A stretch of DNA of 55,424 bases, counting the filler, from Trichosphaerium sp. ATCC 40318 (taxonomy: Eukaryota; Protista; Tubulinea), in NCBI GenBank assembly GCA_038496445.1. It is 3 parts of 3 records of this genome, joined end to end, with 100 filler letters (N's around TTAATTAATTAA, not from the genome) between each part and the next. Parts side by side here need not be neighbours in the genome. Positions count along the whole stretch, not along the records: positions 1 to 14,494 come from JALMLS010000107.1; 2 more parts are not named here. The stretch is one strand, 5' to 3'. A model generated the notes under the pieces. It was given only the letters and a program-made list of their open reading frames with translations, was not told the DNA's origin and ran no database searches. This document shows, piece after piece, positions 1 through 13,671 of this stretch; the stretch's first letter is position 1; every line of letters begins with the position of its first letter. A program made the position numbers and the translations under genes.

Positions 1-444
1 CGTGCTATGGAGAATTTAGTAAAATAGAAATTGCCTTGATACATAAGCTTCTGTCAACACCCTTTTTGAAATTTTATTTGTTTTTTTTTGGGTTTTCTTT
101 ATGCACCCATGAAAGTTGTACTGAAGATAGTTAAATTCTTTTAGTTTACTTTATTTCTCTACATGCTTTAATAAACAGAGCACTCGGTCCTCGTCTTTTA
201 GCAGTTCTAAAAACAAAAGCGTGGATAGCAGTGTCGTTTTACCAACCTCACAGCGAAACTACTATGTAAAGATGTATCGTCGTGAGCATATAATGAGCAC
301 AGTGCTTATTAGACCTTGGTTTTATATCTAAATTGGCGCAGGTACTACTTAGTCTAGCGCTCAATAGTATAGCGCCTAAGAGTATTAATTTGGTCAACCT
401 AGATTCTTGAAGGAGTAACTTTTTTTGTGTTTTTAACTAACAAG

Positions 445-2830
445 ATGCAAAGAATTGCGCTTCAACTTTTCTTTGTAGTTGTTTTTACTGCTTCCTTTGG
501 TTACGCATGGAACGTAACAAATGGCAAATTAATGGATCCAAACGGAAATCACGTGCGCGTACAAGGCGTTTCTTTATCTTGTACAGAGTTTGACTCTCCT
601 ATTGACACCGTACGTTCTTTCCTTTTTTTCTTTTTGTAGGTACCTTTCGGCTCTAACTATCGTACCAGAACGCCGATGGTTCCCTTGTTTGTCCTATGAT
701 AGCCAACCGAACGGCTTCACCTTATTTAAAGGAGCTACTCAGCTGGAACACTCAAATTATCCGTATTCCCGTAAGTTGGGCTTGTTGTTGTTTCTACTTT
801 TGTTTTTTGGTATCATTTCGTTGTTTGACGTGATTTTCGAAGGTTAACTCACAATGGTACATGTGGGATTTGGATACAGGGTATCCTGCAGGTCCTTCAG
901 GGTGCAAGTTCGCAAGTACATGGGCGGGAAAGCCCTCACCTTATGGTACAATACATCAGTGTACATAACAGTTTAGTTCGCTAAAGTATTTTCTTTAGGC
1001 GCTTACAGTCCTTCTGGATACAGAGATTGGATAGATGATCATGTAAACGCAATAACAGGACTTGGTATGATAGCTATGATAGACTTACATTGGTCAGACA
1101 TGGCACGTGAATGAACAGTCAATAAATCATTGTTGATTTTCTTTTAGGAAGGCACAGCGTGTTGTGATAACGGCGCAGGCGGCTGCTATGCAGGTGAATA
1201 ACTTATAACAATTCATGAGCGCGTAATTTACTTTTGAAGGGTGCCAGCAAACTATGGCAGATAGAAAGAGCGTCAAGTTTTGGGAATATGTAGCGAAGGT
1301 ACAAAAAAAATCATTAGTGCAATCATTGACTGTTGATCAAATAGAAATACAGAAATCGTATGGATGTATGGTTTGAGTTATACAATGAACCAGCTTACTG
1401 GCTCCAAAATCGTACGATTTATCGAACTACTGTCAAGGTTTACTAAATGTTGTTTATTTAGAAGGAGGAACAAATATTCCAACTCTTATGAAAGGTGGAA
1501 CAATGACAGCATCTTTCAAGGTGAGACTTTTGGATGTACGATAATTAACATACACTAGAATGGTTGTCCTGAGTCTCCAGAGACTACTTTCACTTTTGTT
1601 GGTATGCAAGACTTATACAACGCAGTTAGAGATACGGTGAGTATTACAAGTCTTCACGAGCTCATTTTTTTAAATTTCCTTTTGGTCCAAAATCTCTTTT
1701 CACACGTGCTTTTTTAATGTAAATTGAATCGTTTTAAGTTCTTGTGTTTAGAGCAATGCTGATAACATTGTTGTCATTGGTGGCGCTGATTTCAGGCATG
1801 CATCAGAATTCTATATGTGGTAGTACATTTATTAATAGTCGTTGATAATAGTTGGTCTGTAAATGGTATCATTGTTGAACCAAAAAAGCCAGCACCAGGA
1901 AAAGAATGGTGTCATAATCAAATATGTCAAGAAGGTTGTGGTATTTCTCCAGGAATAGATAACATGGTAAGCTATTAATAACATACAGTCTATTCAACAT
2001 GAATCTCATTAATTCCACTAGCTTGAGGGTTCACCTCGAGGAGAAGGATACCCATCACCTCTTTCTTGGTCAAACAAAACTTGGGGATTAAATGTAATTT
2101 ACGCAACACATCCATACCAAGGCAAAGGTTTGTATTAGAAAGGATCTATCAGCTTGAATCACAATAATCTATAGGCGGTCAGAGGCCTACAAGTGGTGAG
2201 GCTTGTAGTGCTTGGGTAGACACTGCAATAAATGGAACTAGTATGTTGCGAACTGTCGATTACTTAGTAACTTACTTGTTTTTAAGATCAGTTGTGCTCC
2301 GAGGAATGTGGATGGGAGAAGGCGTTTGGATTTCTTACTGACTATGCTCCTGTTATAGCAACTGAAATGGGTCCATGGAGCGGTAAGTCAAGAGAAATCG
2401 TTGTTGGAATTGTTGTTGACTGAGAGTTTTTCTTGAAGGCTTTTCATGTGATGGTTCGTATATTTCTTGTCAATTAGATTGGTTTAAAGGAAAAGGCATA
2501 TCTAGCACTCCTTGGGCGTACGTAGAACTATAATACACCAACCGAAAATAGTTTGAGAGGTCGTAGACGTGTTTGCTTCTTTTTTAGACAAAAAAAAGTT
2601 GTTTCTGACATTATTGTGACATGCCTCAATTACCACGTGATACCCTTTCACAATTTTTTAAGACGGTTAGTTTGTGTTGACTTGACATGTTCCGTAGGTA
2701 CTGGGGTAACCATGCTGCTCAATGTAATACTTTCCCTACTCTTGTAGACGAAAACTGGAAAGCGAATGGATATGGTGATGCTGTAAAAGCGTATATGACT
2801 CAAAGTGCTCCGCCGTATTTAGCTAAATAA
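445..2830 (+). CDS. Secreted glycoside hydrolase family 5 (cellulase-like), multi-exon
   Basis: Signal peptide MQRIALQLFFVVVFTASFGYA; spliced exons give NGKLMDPNGNHVRVQGVS, NTQIIRIP, IDLHWSD, QQTMADRKSVKFWEYVAKKY..VWFELYNEP (acid/base Glu), YATHPY, PVIATEMG (nucleophile Glu); many short introns; stop TAA 2828-2830. Confidence 0.88.
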
Positions 2831-3415
2831 ATACCAATCCTCTTAACATGTGTACTAATGTTTCTGACACAAAAATTAAAGCATTTACTTGCCAATGGTT
2901 ATTGGCGAGAATCCTAGCATTTGGCTATACTGAGAGGAAGTTAAGAAATACCTAACTACGCTTTATTGTGACTTTATGTTATTCCGAGAAGTTAAGTATT
3001 ATCAATAGTCCTTTACAGTATTAGCACCTATATATTTGCCATTGAATATAATTGTATGAGCACCAGTATATGCTTTGACGCCTTCATCTGTTAATGCAAC
3101 ATTGCGAATAAGGTATTTCAGCATTGGCTGGAGTTCATACTATAAAGAGGGAAGACACAGTTACTGATTCAGGTATTCTTGCTATTGCTTAAGGTATACA
3201 TACACTTGATATTCCAGTTACAAATGCAACAGTTTATTTCTGGTAGTGCCTTGGACTTACAATCAATCAGGTTATATTTCGAAATTCAGAGTAGATTTAC
3301 AATTAATCATTATCGACTAATACAGACCTTCCTGCAGTTTGTTTTAAGAAATAACAATGTCATGGGTTTTTTTTATTGTTCAAAAAATCTTATCTACTTT
3401 ATTGTTACGCTCTCT

Positions 3416-6197
3416 TCAAGACTTTTTTGAAGTTACTAATACAGGTGCAATACAAGGGCCAATTATAGCTATCCAATCATCAAAGTTTGGAGCTTGTGAC
3501 GATAGACCGTCGACCTCAAGCCAACCACTTTCAAAAAAAAAGTCAGAAGCAAATCCAAAAAACCAGTCGCGGTTTCTTTGTTTAAACGCACGTGAGTGTA
3601 AATCCAGGATCACTTCCTAGCTGTCTTTCTATTACAAAAGCTCTAGAAGGTGGAGCTAAACAGTCATATAGTCAGAAGAAACAACATAGAAGCGGCTGAC
3701 GTACAAGATCGAGCTACAGTCAACTCAAACTCTTGACCAGTGGAAGATACCCTATTGCGTGATTACTCGAGTTTATCACTAAGGTGAGGTCGTACTTTAT
3801 AGTACCACGCGAAATACGCTCATTTGGATTCTCCACAGCTGTTGCAATGCCAGTACTTGGAACCCTTCGAACAAACCTATTTTGAAGAAAAAAAAGAGAA
3901 TGAGACTGCTAAGTCGTTTTTGCATGGCATTTTAATTTGTAAGTACCTGTACGTGAAGTCTACCTCATACTTTGCGAAGTTGGAAGGATCATTTATTGGG
4001 AATCCACGAACTGTACCGAAAATACGAATAGTATCAATACCATCGTAAGATATAAGAAGGTTGTTATCTTCACATGAAAAAACAACTTGCTACAAAAACA
4101 CCGTTACATCAGCAAAGAGACTTCTATTAGGATTTCTTATTATGAAATATATAAGTACCATGTCTGTAGGGAATAAAGGAAGTGCATCCAATCGAAGACA
4201 GTATTCAGGTGGAGCTAATAAAACGCTTAATTCTTTGAACGAAAAAACGTGTTTCAAAAGGTGTTTCATTTGTTGCTTAGTCACAAACATAGATTGTACC
4301 TAAATCTCCTCTAGGATGATTTTCTAGTATCCATGTACCTCTGCGATTCAAATCATCACTTAAAAAAGCTGTTAGAGAACCAAGAAATCCCAGAAAAAAA
4401 CCGAAAAAAAAAAGCATTTGAGAACTTTTGTGAACACGTGATATTTTCTTAAACGCGTACGCTGAAAAACGTTCAGATATTACACATTGGTCTATTTCAA
4501 CAACATCAACTATTGTTGCGTTCGGACAAGTACACCTTAAATCACCTTCTCTGTTGAAACTACTAGTCAAAACGGGTACTGAATCAAAAGGTGTTGTGAA
4601 TAACTCTCCTTGTAATGAGAGTTGCCCAGGTGCTATCAATCGAAGATGGAATGTTATCGTAACATCCTCTCCATCAGCCATAGGTCCAATAGCGATCCAT
4701 ATTTGATCATCCGAAGGTGCATTTCCAAGCTTGATTTCTCCCTATTGGTGAAAATGAGAAGGTTTCGTTTCAGTTTTTTTTTCTTGTTGGAATTTCTTCT
4801 GAGCACGTGCCTTTGAAGTGATTACAGATCCTGTTTCTAAAACAGCAATAGATGTATCGAAAGGTGGATGAAAGAAAGCAACGTCATCAACACCAAGATT
4901 AGGAACAGAAATTGGATTAAAGACGACAACCTCAACAAGCAATAGATCGCCTTTTGATACAGAAAGTAAGAAAAAAAACCGTCACGAGTTTTGATCTTAA
5001 AATAACTTACCAACTGATGGCCCTGTTGGTGCTGTATCTGATATAACATCTGTAAATAAAAGAGCTTCGATAGTTGGTACAACACAGAATTGAGAAATCG
5101 TCACATCAACCTCTACAGTCAAAAAAAAAAACCAGTTAATATTTCAATAATTGATTATGTGCATTCTTGTTAACTACTCGAAGAAATTATACAGGTTTGA
5201 TTTTTCAAGGCGCCATAGGTGAAGAAACTACTAAAATAAAAGTGGAAACAAGAGTCTTAGAGTGGATTACGCTAAGCGAGGTTCTGTAAGAACGAAAAGC
5301 GTAAAATCTACTCTGAGAACTGCACAGCTCCACGCAAGCATTTTAAGGCATTTGATAGAAAATAAGAACCAGCGAAGGTGATAAAGTGTACCTGGGTCCA
5401 TATCCACTCGGAACACTAATTGAGTAACGTTTCGATAAGCAGTGATGAGATTTGGTACAAACGGAATTATAACTTCCGCTATACCAGGAGCAACCATCTC
5501 TAAGCGTGTAGAACTTTGTATTAACCCTTCAGCTATTGTTGTGACATCGAAATCGAACGTTACAGCCAAATCATTAGCCCGAACAACCACCAAAAAAGCG
5601 TCTAATTAGCGCTTAGTTAATTGTCAAAAAAATTACCTAATTGAGGCGTTTACACGTGTATTTACGTTGTCACGTGATTTTTTTCTACAAACATATACTT
5701 ATTAACTGCGTACCTCCGTTATTAAATAAATCAGCGTTCAGTCCCTCAGCGTCATTAAGAGCATCACCATCAGCGCCATCGTATACAATTTCAATAGCAC
5801 CTGCTGTCCTCGCGCCGTTCTCAAAGAATAGATCTCCTGTTCTCACCATAGCTGTTACGGGCCTCGTACCCATTGATGGTAATAAACGCATGTCTCGCTC
5901 TCCACCAAATATGGTTCCAACTACAGCTGTTGTTGTAACTTCGAATGGACCATCTGGCCTCCTTAGTCCTTTTATAAAAGTAAATTAAAACAAAAACAAC
6001 TTTATTGTTGTTTTTGAAAAAAAACTATTTCCGAAGCTTCTTTGAGATCACGTGATATTATTACGCTACATCAAATACTAACCAGGTAATTCTGTATCAA
6101 GAAAATCATCTAAGATTGTATCTCGAGCGGCTATAAGGTGTAAAAACGCAACTAAACATATTATGGCCAAATTAGTGCGACATGCAGGCTTTAGCAT
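3416..6197 (-). CDS. Secreted/surface hypothetical protein, multi-exon
   Basis: ATG at 6197 followed by hydrophobic signal-like stretch (NLAIICLVAFLHLIAA); ORF pieces 5685-5891, 5267-5593, 4742-4942, 4277-4681, 4090-4290 join through plausible introns; beta-rich segments such as GGERDMRLL and IVYDGADG; 3' end uncertain. Confidence 0.6.
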
Positions 6198-7813
6198 CTT
6201 GAGAGCGAGATTCTGACTTAAGGCTTCTTTTCTAAGGCGCCTTTTTTTTTGTTTCGCTTGACAGCTGATGATGTTGTGTTCTCCTGCTTGTGAAGCTTCA
6301 ATCTGTGTTTATCAGTTTCCTCGTTAGTGATGAGGTGGATCAATTACACATTGCATTGTTTGTGGGTTGTATCACAGCATTAATAGTCAACGTTCTTGCT
6401 GTTGATCAAGAACGGGTGCAAAACACACTAATATAAAGACACTGGTGGCTTCTGAAGCTTGCTATTTTATTGGACGATATTGTCTAGAAGCACACTTATA
6501 TCGCAATAAGTGTATTCCATAATGTCAATATATTGATTACCCATTGACTTAACAGCCTCTTGTAACTTTAGAAAACATTAATGCGATACTTTTCAGAGAT
6601 TTTAAGTATTTCAAACATTTGTATCTTTTTAAACAATCTTAGTTGCTCAAGTTAAGCAATCTGCAATCCAAAGTCTGTAATTGTATTACCAAGATTACAA
6701 GTCTATTTATTCTGCAAACCGTTTGCAACATCAAACGTGCAGACGACACATTTTCCACAAAAAAGTGGATTCTTTGTATTCCTAGTTTTGGTGTAACACT
6801 ATTCAAGTATGGGACAGCGAATACAAGCTAATATAGCACTGTTCGTTTTCGGTCGGGCCCATCGCTTCGCTCGGGGCAAGAACCCGACCTTCGCTCACAA
6901 AATGTCATCCATTGGTGGGTATGGCAGCACAGGTTAATATGTGACTAGGTATCAAAATCCACTTGAGTGATTTTGCTTCAGATTTAGTAGAAAATCTCTT
7001 CCCTGCCACCTTTGCCACTGTGAGTTTTGAGAATTACACCAAGAAAGTTTCTAATGTACAGATACATTACCACAACTTGCCCAAAGACCCGAATTCGCCA
7101 AGAATTACTGTCTATTCTCCGAGTTTCGCCAAAAGCTGTTTGAAGTAACCAATTACAAAAGCAAGGACTATCCAAATAAAATGTTAAATGTATTGGGAAA
7201 TTACAATGTTCCGTTACATGGGCGCCCACAACTTTATCCAACATCTCCGAAAAGTTATATTATAATATCTGCTTGTACAATCACGTGAGTGGTAGAATGA
7301 CTCAAGGTTGTTTTTAGCCTCCATGTCTTTTTCGAAAGTATTACATCATTTTTGGTCCATGTTAGGCTTAGTTTTGAACAGCTTGAGCTGGCTTTTATGG
7401 CGTACATTTTTGTTTTTAAGATCAAAAAGCCAAGTTGTTTCACCGCATGCCAACAAAAAACAACAGTAGTTAGTCATCAATCACTAAGCTAAAGTTTGTT
7501 TAACATTTTCGCATTTGGCTTTTATGCCTTTGACACGTTGAGTGGCAATGAATCCAAGTACTTTGGAAAAAGGAGTCACGCAAGTATGTTTGGTGGATAC
7601 AAAGGTAATTTCAAATCATAAACGTTTTACGAAGAAATGCATAAGTGGATAAACATAATCCCAAACAGAAGGTTTTTGTGAACTGTGTTGTTTGCTTTGA
7701 AACAGATTGAATAGTTGTCGGATGGAAGCGGAGTATGATTTTACCGACAAAGTAGTGGACATTTTTCGATCGTGGCATTGCTGAAATACAATACCGCGTT
7801 CACCAACTTAGCA

Positions 7814-10144
7814 ATGAATCATTGTCAAGTGCTTACGTTAACAATTTTGATTCTCGTAGTGTCTTCAACCAAAGCGACATACAACACGGCCAATGAAGTG
7901 CCACAAGGATCGTCTTTGATCGTTAAAACAACGTATGGCCCTGTCGAAGGCTTCACTGGTACATACACAGTCTTTGTAACAACTAGAACTTATTTCAGGC
8001 GTAGATTCTACAGGGGGACTTCCATACGCGTATTTTAAAGGTATTACATGATATACCGCAAACACGTGATATATTTTGCTAGGAATACCTTTCGCTTCGC
8101 CTCCAGTAGGATCACTACGCTTCAAGTCACCTCAGAAGCCTCAAGAATGGACCACAACTTTGAAGGCATCAAAGCACGTGATTTTTTTTGCGATTCCATT
8201 TTCGATATTTTCTCCAGTAACAACAACTGATCATTCTCTAACTTGTTCTTGCAACAGTTTTAAACCTCAGTGTTTACAAGATGAGCAAAAACCTGGTAAA
8301 GTATACTCAGAGGACTGCTTGTACTTGAACGTATTTGAACCAGCATCAGAAAGAGAAATGCTTCCAGTTCTCGTTTTCAGTACGTTGCTAAAGAAAAGTT
8401 TTAGGACATGTCCATGGATTATTTTGTCTAACGCTTTGCCAAGTACATGGGGGAACATTTCTCCATGCTGGTACTTCAGACTTTCCCTCAGGACAACTTG
8501 CGGCATACACCAACTCTGTGATTGTCACAATCCCGTACGTTTGTTATTCAAGCCACAAAGAGCGATTAGGATTTATTTTGGTAACAGGTATCGGCTTGGT
8601 ATCTTTGGTTTTTATTTTAACAAAGACAACGCTGATCACGAGAATGTTGGGTTGTTAGATCAAGCAATGGCTATACAATGGGTTTATGATAATATTAAAA
8701 ACTTCGGAGGAGATCCATCTTCAATAACTCTATTCGGAGAGTCAGCAGGAGGAATGAGCGTGTTGATGCAAGGATTAATGCCAACTGTATCAAACTTCAA
8801 TACACCTTTAAGGTCAGTACAACACAGCCTTACACAAACGAGTTACTTAACACCATTGTGTAGAGCTGTTATTGCGGAAAGTCCTGCTCCTTGGATTCTG
8901 CTAAACACTACTCAAGCAAGCTTATATGGAGAGCAAATCGCAAACATTGTTGGGTGCACAGAATACTCAACAAGGTGAGTCGAAACTTGACTTGACATGT
9001 TCCTATATCAGTAACTCTCTACAGCTGCTTGCAGAGTGTCAATGGGTCTGATCTTGTTCAGGCTGGACATCCGACACAAAAGGCTTTACCGTATATAGGT
9101 GGTAAATCTTTGCCCAAACAACCTTTGGCCATCATTGAAAGTGGCGAATACAACAAAATACCGTCTATTATTGGCACTAATCAGTAAGTTTCTAGGTTTA
9201 CTTAACGCTTTGGATTTTACATATGATTTTTCGAACCGCTATGTTAGCATTGAGAGAACAATTCCATCCTAGCAAACCTCAAAAACCAACCTAAAAAATG
9301 AACAATTCTTTGAGAAAGCTTCCAGAAAAAAAAAAGAAAAAAGAAGGAAAAGTTTGTTAGTTTATTAACTTATTGTAGGTATGAGGGCAACTTCTTTATC
9401 TACCATAGTATCGGTGCACCAAAGATATGTACGTAATACATTGTACCATTGTAAAGCTAACCATAAACACACTTCTAGTGACCTATGAAGAATACGTGGA
9501 AGTAACTGCACAAGGTTTGGGAAGACTATCTGATACCCTGGACTATAAAACAGTCCTACAATGGCACGTTCTTGTTTAATCTCATTTCTTTCGCCCCTTT
9601 CTAAACAATATAAGGTACACTGATTATACAGAACAAGTTGGATACTGGAGAGGTTTGGCTAAGATTGTTGGTGACGGAGGTGTTCGATGTGGTGCTCATT
9701 TTGCATCGCTTAAGATTAGTTCGTATCAAGTGAACACTCATTGGCGATACTTATTTACACGTGTACCTAAAAGTCCTGCATCATTCCTCAACGCAACACA
9801 TACTTCAGAGTGTAAGTCGGTTTGAGTCTTGCTTTTTTTTCTCTTCATAGTTTACTAGTTTGCCTAACACGTGTTTAGTGCCGTATGTATTTCAGAATCC
9901 AGATCTTTTTTCCAATGCAACCGTATTCAATGAAGATGATGTAACGGTTGAGCATGCATTTGCTACTTTATGGAAGTCAATGTCTGCTTTGGCAAAACCT
10001 CAAGGTACCACTGCATCATGGGCGAGCTATGGGACAAGCCAAAAAGTTCTTGAATTTAATGTACCTCTTCAAATGATTCCTCTGGACCAACAGTATTGGT
10101 CTTATTGCGATAACTGGCATCATACCCTGATATCATCACAATAG
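7814..10144 (+). CDS. Type-B carboxylesterase (alpha/beta hydrolase, cholinesterase-like), secreted, multi-exon
   Basis: Signal peptide; [28 protein letters not shown] (spliced), [32 protein letters not shown] (catalytic Ser), ATHTSE (catalytic His region). Confidence 0.93.
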
Positions 10145-10439
10145 CTCAGTAATAAACTGTACCTTAAACGATTCTCAATGTTCTCTGTGCTGCTGAAAAC
10201 TGAGTGCGATTTGTCTAATAAAAACAATGGTACAGCTTTTCTTTTTAAACCTCACGTGTAATTTTCCTATGATATTCCGTGATAGAAAAGGTTTTTACTA
10301 GGTACTACATACTATTTATGTATGCGAGAGTGAGAGTGTCCAACTGAGGAAGTCAAAGTTGGCGTGAGACGTTCTCCTAAATTAAGAGAGCTCGAACCCC
10401 CAAAGAAAACAAAAAAACTGTTCTCTCCTCAAACATGAG

Positions 10440-11800
10440 ATGCTTACAAACGTAGGGTCTAACAACAAAATAGTTTACTTGTTTGTACAAACATGGTTTA
10501 AATGGTCTTGTTAACTACTGCCTTGGAAAACAAGATGCGTTCATCTTGACTTAATTCAAGCAGATCAAAAGTATCTGGAGTAATCTTGCTAACTTGGAAA
10601 CAAGTCAAGTTCATAATATCCCCAACTGTCTCTGCTCTTTCAGGTTTAAAACCCAACCCCTTCAGAATTACCTTCCAACATTTGTCGAGAGTAACAACAG
10701 GCAAAGTCTCTTGAGAGAGTTCTGTCCTTGTAGTACTGGAAGGCACCTTCATAACGAGTGAGTCTTAGAAGTTGATTTCAAAAAAAGTGGTGCTAGCGTG
10801 CATTTGTAATGTCATAATCCGAAAGGCTTAGCATTTGATCTAATACAGAATTCGTTGTTTCTAAATCTGAATCAACTTGTGGTTCACAGAATGGAGCCTG
10901 TTCCAGTGTAGGATCTACAACGCTCATTAGTGTATTGTTGTTCAAACTCTATGAGCAAATTACTATGGAGTACCGAAACCTGGGTCGTTGTTGTAGGCGG
11001 GCCGTTGAACATGATGCCTATGTAACTCGCCATCGGCAATATCTTGGCTAGAGATGGTAAGAAAAGGTAAAAAAACGCTAGCTTACCTTGTCATCTCTGG
11101 CTCCGACTCAGATTCTGATTCTTCAGCTTCGTGACCCGGACTTGTGTGCCTATGATGCTGAAGCCGTTCAAAACTGGCTTCGGGTTGGTTTGAGACCTAG
11201 GCAACGTTAAAAGGTATTGAGTACTAGCGCGTACATCTTTGTCAAGGGGACCAGGTTTTCTTTGTTCTGTTGTGTTTGCTGGATGAGAAGCATACCACCA
11301 GGGTGGAAAATCTTTGATTGATATGAGTGTTAATTCGTCAAATACTAAAACGTGCCTCCTTCAATAACAGTATCAGGGCTGCTTAAGAATTCTCCATAGA
11401 TGTATTTCAAGTTATCTTGCCCGTTGATCCATAAATCGTCACCCAGCTGCCTCCAATAACTCTCCTCGATCTAATTGGAGTTAAACAACCTTGTTAAACA
11501 AACACGTGCTTCTCTATTCTTCGAGCGTTTAGTTTCCTCGCTTTGTATTTACGCTTTCTTCGAGCTAGCGTTGGATGAGTACAACAGTTTTGTAGAAAAG
11601 GCGCACGTTTTGGTCTGTCACGTTGCAGTGATTGGTGAGCAGCTAGGGTGCCTATGTTTCCTTAGCTTCGTCCATACTCGATTACATACCTCGATTACGA
11701 GCACGTGGTTGCTTCTCCTCTATTCCAAAACCGATACGTGGTTGTGAACTTGGTTTATAACCAAACTGGGAATGAGATCACCAGTTGGTTTTTCAGACAA
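10440..11800 (-). CDS. Hypothetical protein, paralog of the gene at 13672; possibly 5'-disrupted
   Basis: Exons PRIGFGIEEKQPRARNR and LWINGQDNLKYIYGEFLSSPDTVIEGG align with the + strand paralog with matching intron positions; the position matching the paralog ATG reads TTG and is out of frame; ends approximate. Confidence 0.5.
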
Positions 11801-11869
11801 AATTGAGTTTTTAGTTTGGTTACTTTATGTTTGTTGCTGTGCTGAGGTGTTGTTGAGGTTGTTGTTGTT

Positions 11870-13600
11870 GGTTTAGAATGACCAGAATTAGGTTTAAGCG
11901 AACAAAAACTACGAAGTATCGCACATTGGTTGTATGTTGGTAACATTGAAAATACAGACGATACTGGGCGTTTCATGAGGTTTTAAGATGAAAAATATAT
12001 TCATCAAAAAAGTGTGAATCGTTTTTAAGAATATAATACTAACTCACTGTATTACTCCAGACACTCTGAAAAGTGTTTTTAGCAATATCACTTTTTGTAA
12101 ATACTCATGTAGTGTAACACAAAAAATACCATTACTGTTTTGAGACAACACGTGATAATGGCGACTGGGAATGTGTACAACTTGTTTTTATTGAGTCGGC
12201 TTGTTTTTCTTTTTTCGGTAAACTACTCGTTACCGTACAACTACAGACTAACTCCGTTATTCAAAATACTCTGGCTATTATGCGTGTCACTACTTGAACG
12301 CCTTATTATGATACCTATCTTCTTCGAGTACTGTAGATCAATCGGAAGGAGTTGAAGTCCCAAATTTGATGGAATTTTTTTAACATTAACTATTTTTATC
12401 ACGTGTAGAATTCGTTTACACTCTCCGTTTTTATAACGTACATACATGTAGTTGTTTTGAGACCTGAAATGGCACGTGATAAAAATAGTTCATCCCAAAA
12501 ACTAAATGTAAATAAATTCTGGTTTCGGCAATTGATAAAATAAAAAAGTACAACTCACGAGAATATCCAGACTCGCCCGCATTAGGCTAATTGTACAATT
12601 GCAGACTGGCTCTGATATTAATAAACAAACATAAGATACCAACATAGTATTGATAGGTGAATCTGGACATCTAGTGAGTACGATGAAGTATTATCGAAAT
12701 AAAAAGAGACTGTTTCAAAATAAGTTGTTACATGTGTTGAGTTCAAGTGTTTAAACAGTCACCGGACTATGTAAAGCGATTAAGAGCTTCTAAACAGTTG
12801 TATTATATTGTATTAATGTTGTTACTTGCTCTATTTGGCATAACCAGAATATGTTAAAATGACTACAGTAATAAAACTACTACATCACAAAAGTTCCACG
12901 TACTAACTTTCGTTGTACCCAAGCTAGCTTTTTATTTTGTCAATTGTGAGTTGAAAACAGAATTGATTAACACTGTAGTTTTTTATAACGTACAATACAC
13001 TATAGTTGTTTTGAGACCTGAACTGGCACGTGATAAAAAAGTTAATGTTAAAAAAAAATCTATCGAATTTGGGACTTCAACTCCTTCCCTATTGATCTAC
13101 ATTTGAAGGAGATAGGTAACATATACAAACCGTACACGCAGTAACACGTATAATAGGCAGACCATTTTTAATAATGGAATTGGTCTGTAGTTGTACGGTA
13201 ACGAGTAGTTTACCGAAAAAAGAAAAAACAAGCCGACTCAATAAAATCAAGTTGTACACATTCCCTGTCGCCATTATCACGTGTTGTCTCAAAACAGTTA
13301 ATGGTATTTTTTGTGTTACACTACACAAGTATTCACAAGAAAGTGATATTGTTAAAACATATTTCAGAGCGTCGGGAGGTGAATACAGTGAGTTTGTATT
13401 ATTTTCATTCAACCACGTTTTAGTAATGATACTTTCCTTATTTGATTGATTCACACTTTTTTGATGAATATATTTTCATCTTAAAACCTCATGAAACGCT
13501 CAGTATCGTCTGTATTTTCAATGTTACCAACATACAACCAATGTGCGATACTTCGTAGTTTTTGTTCGCTTAAACCTAATTCTGGTCATTCTAAACAACA
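11870..13600. repeat. Long imperfect inverted repeat (arms about 11870-12407 and 13027-13600) between divergent paralogs
   Basis: 11873-12020 is near-identical to the reverse complement of 13447-13596; similarity continues inward (e.g. GGAGTTGAAGTCCCAAATT / AATTTGGGACTTCAACTCC); extra direct repeat about 12427-12490 vs 12979-13043. Confidence 0.92.
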
Positions 13601-13671
13601 AAACAACCCAACCTCTATCACAACTACAAAAGTAAATTAACAACCTTGAAAAACCAAAACCAAAATACATC

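Noticed and set aside
3050-3300. Leucine-rich-repeat-like fragments (VTDSGILAIA; similar traces near 6530-6700 on minus)
   Set aside because: Interrupted by stops and too short to support a gene or pseudogene call.
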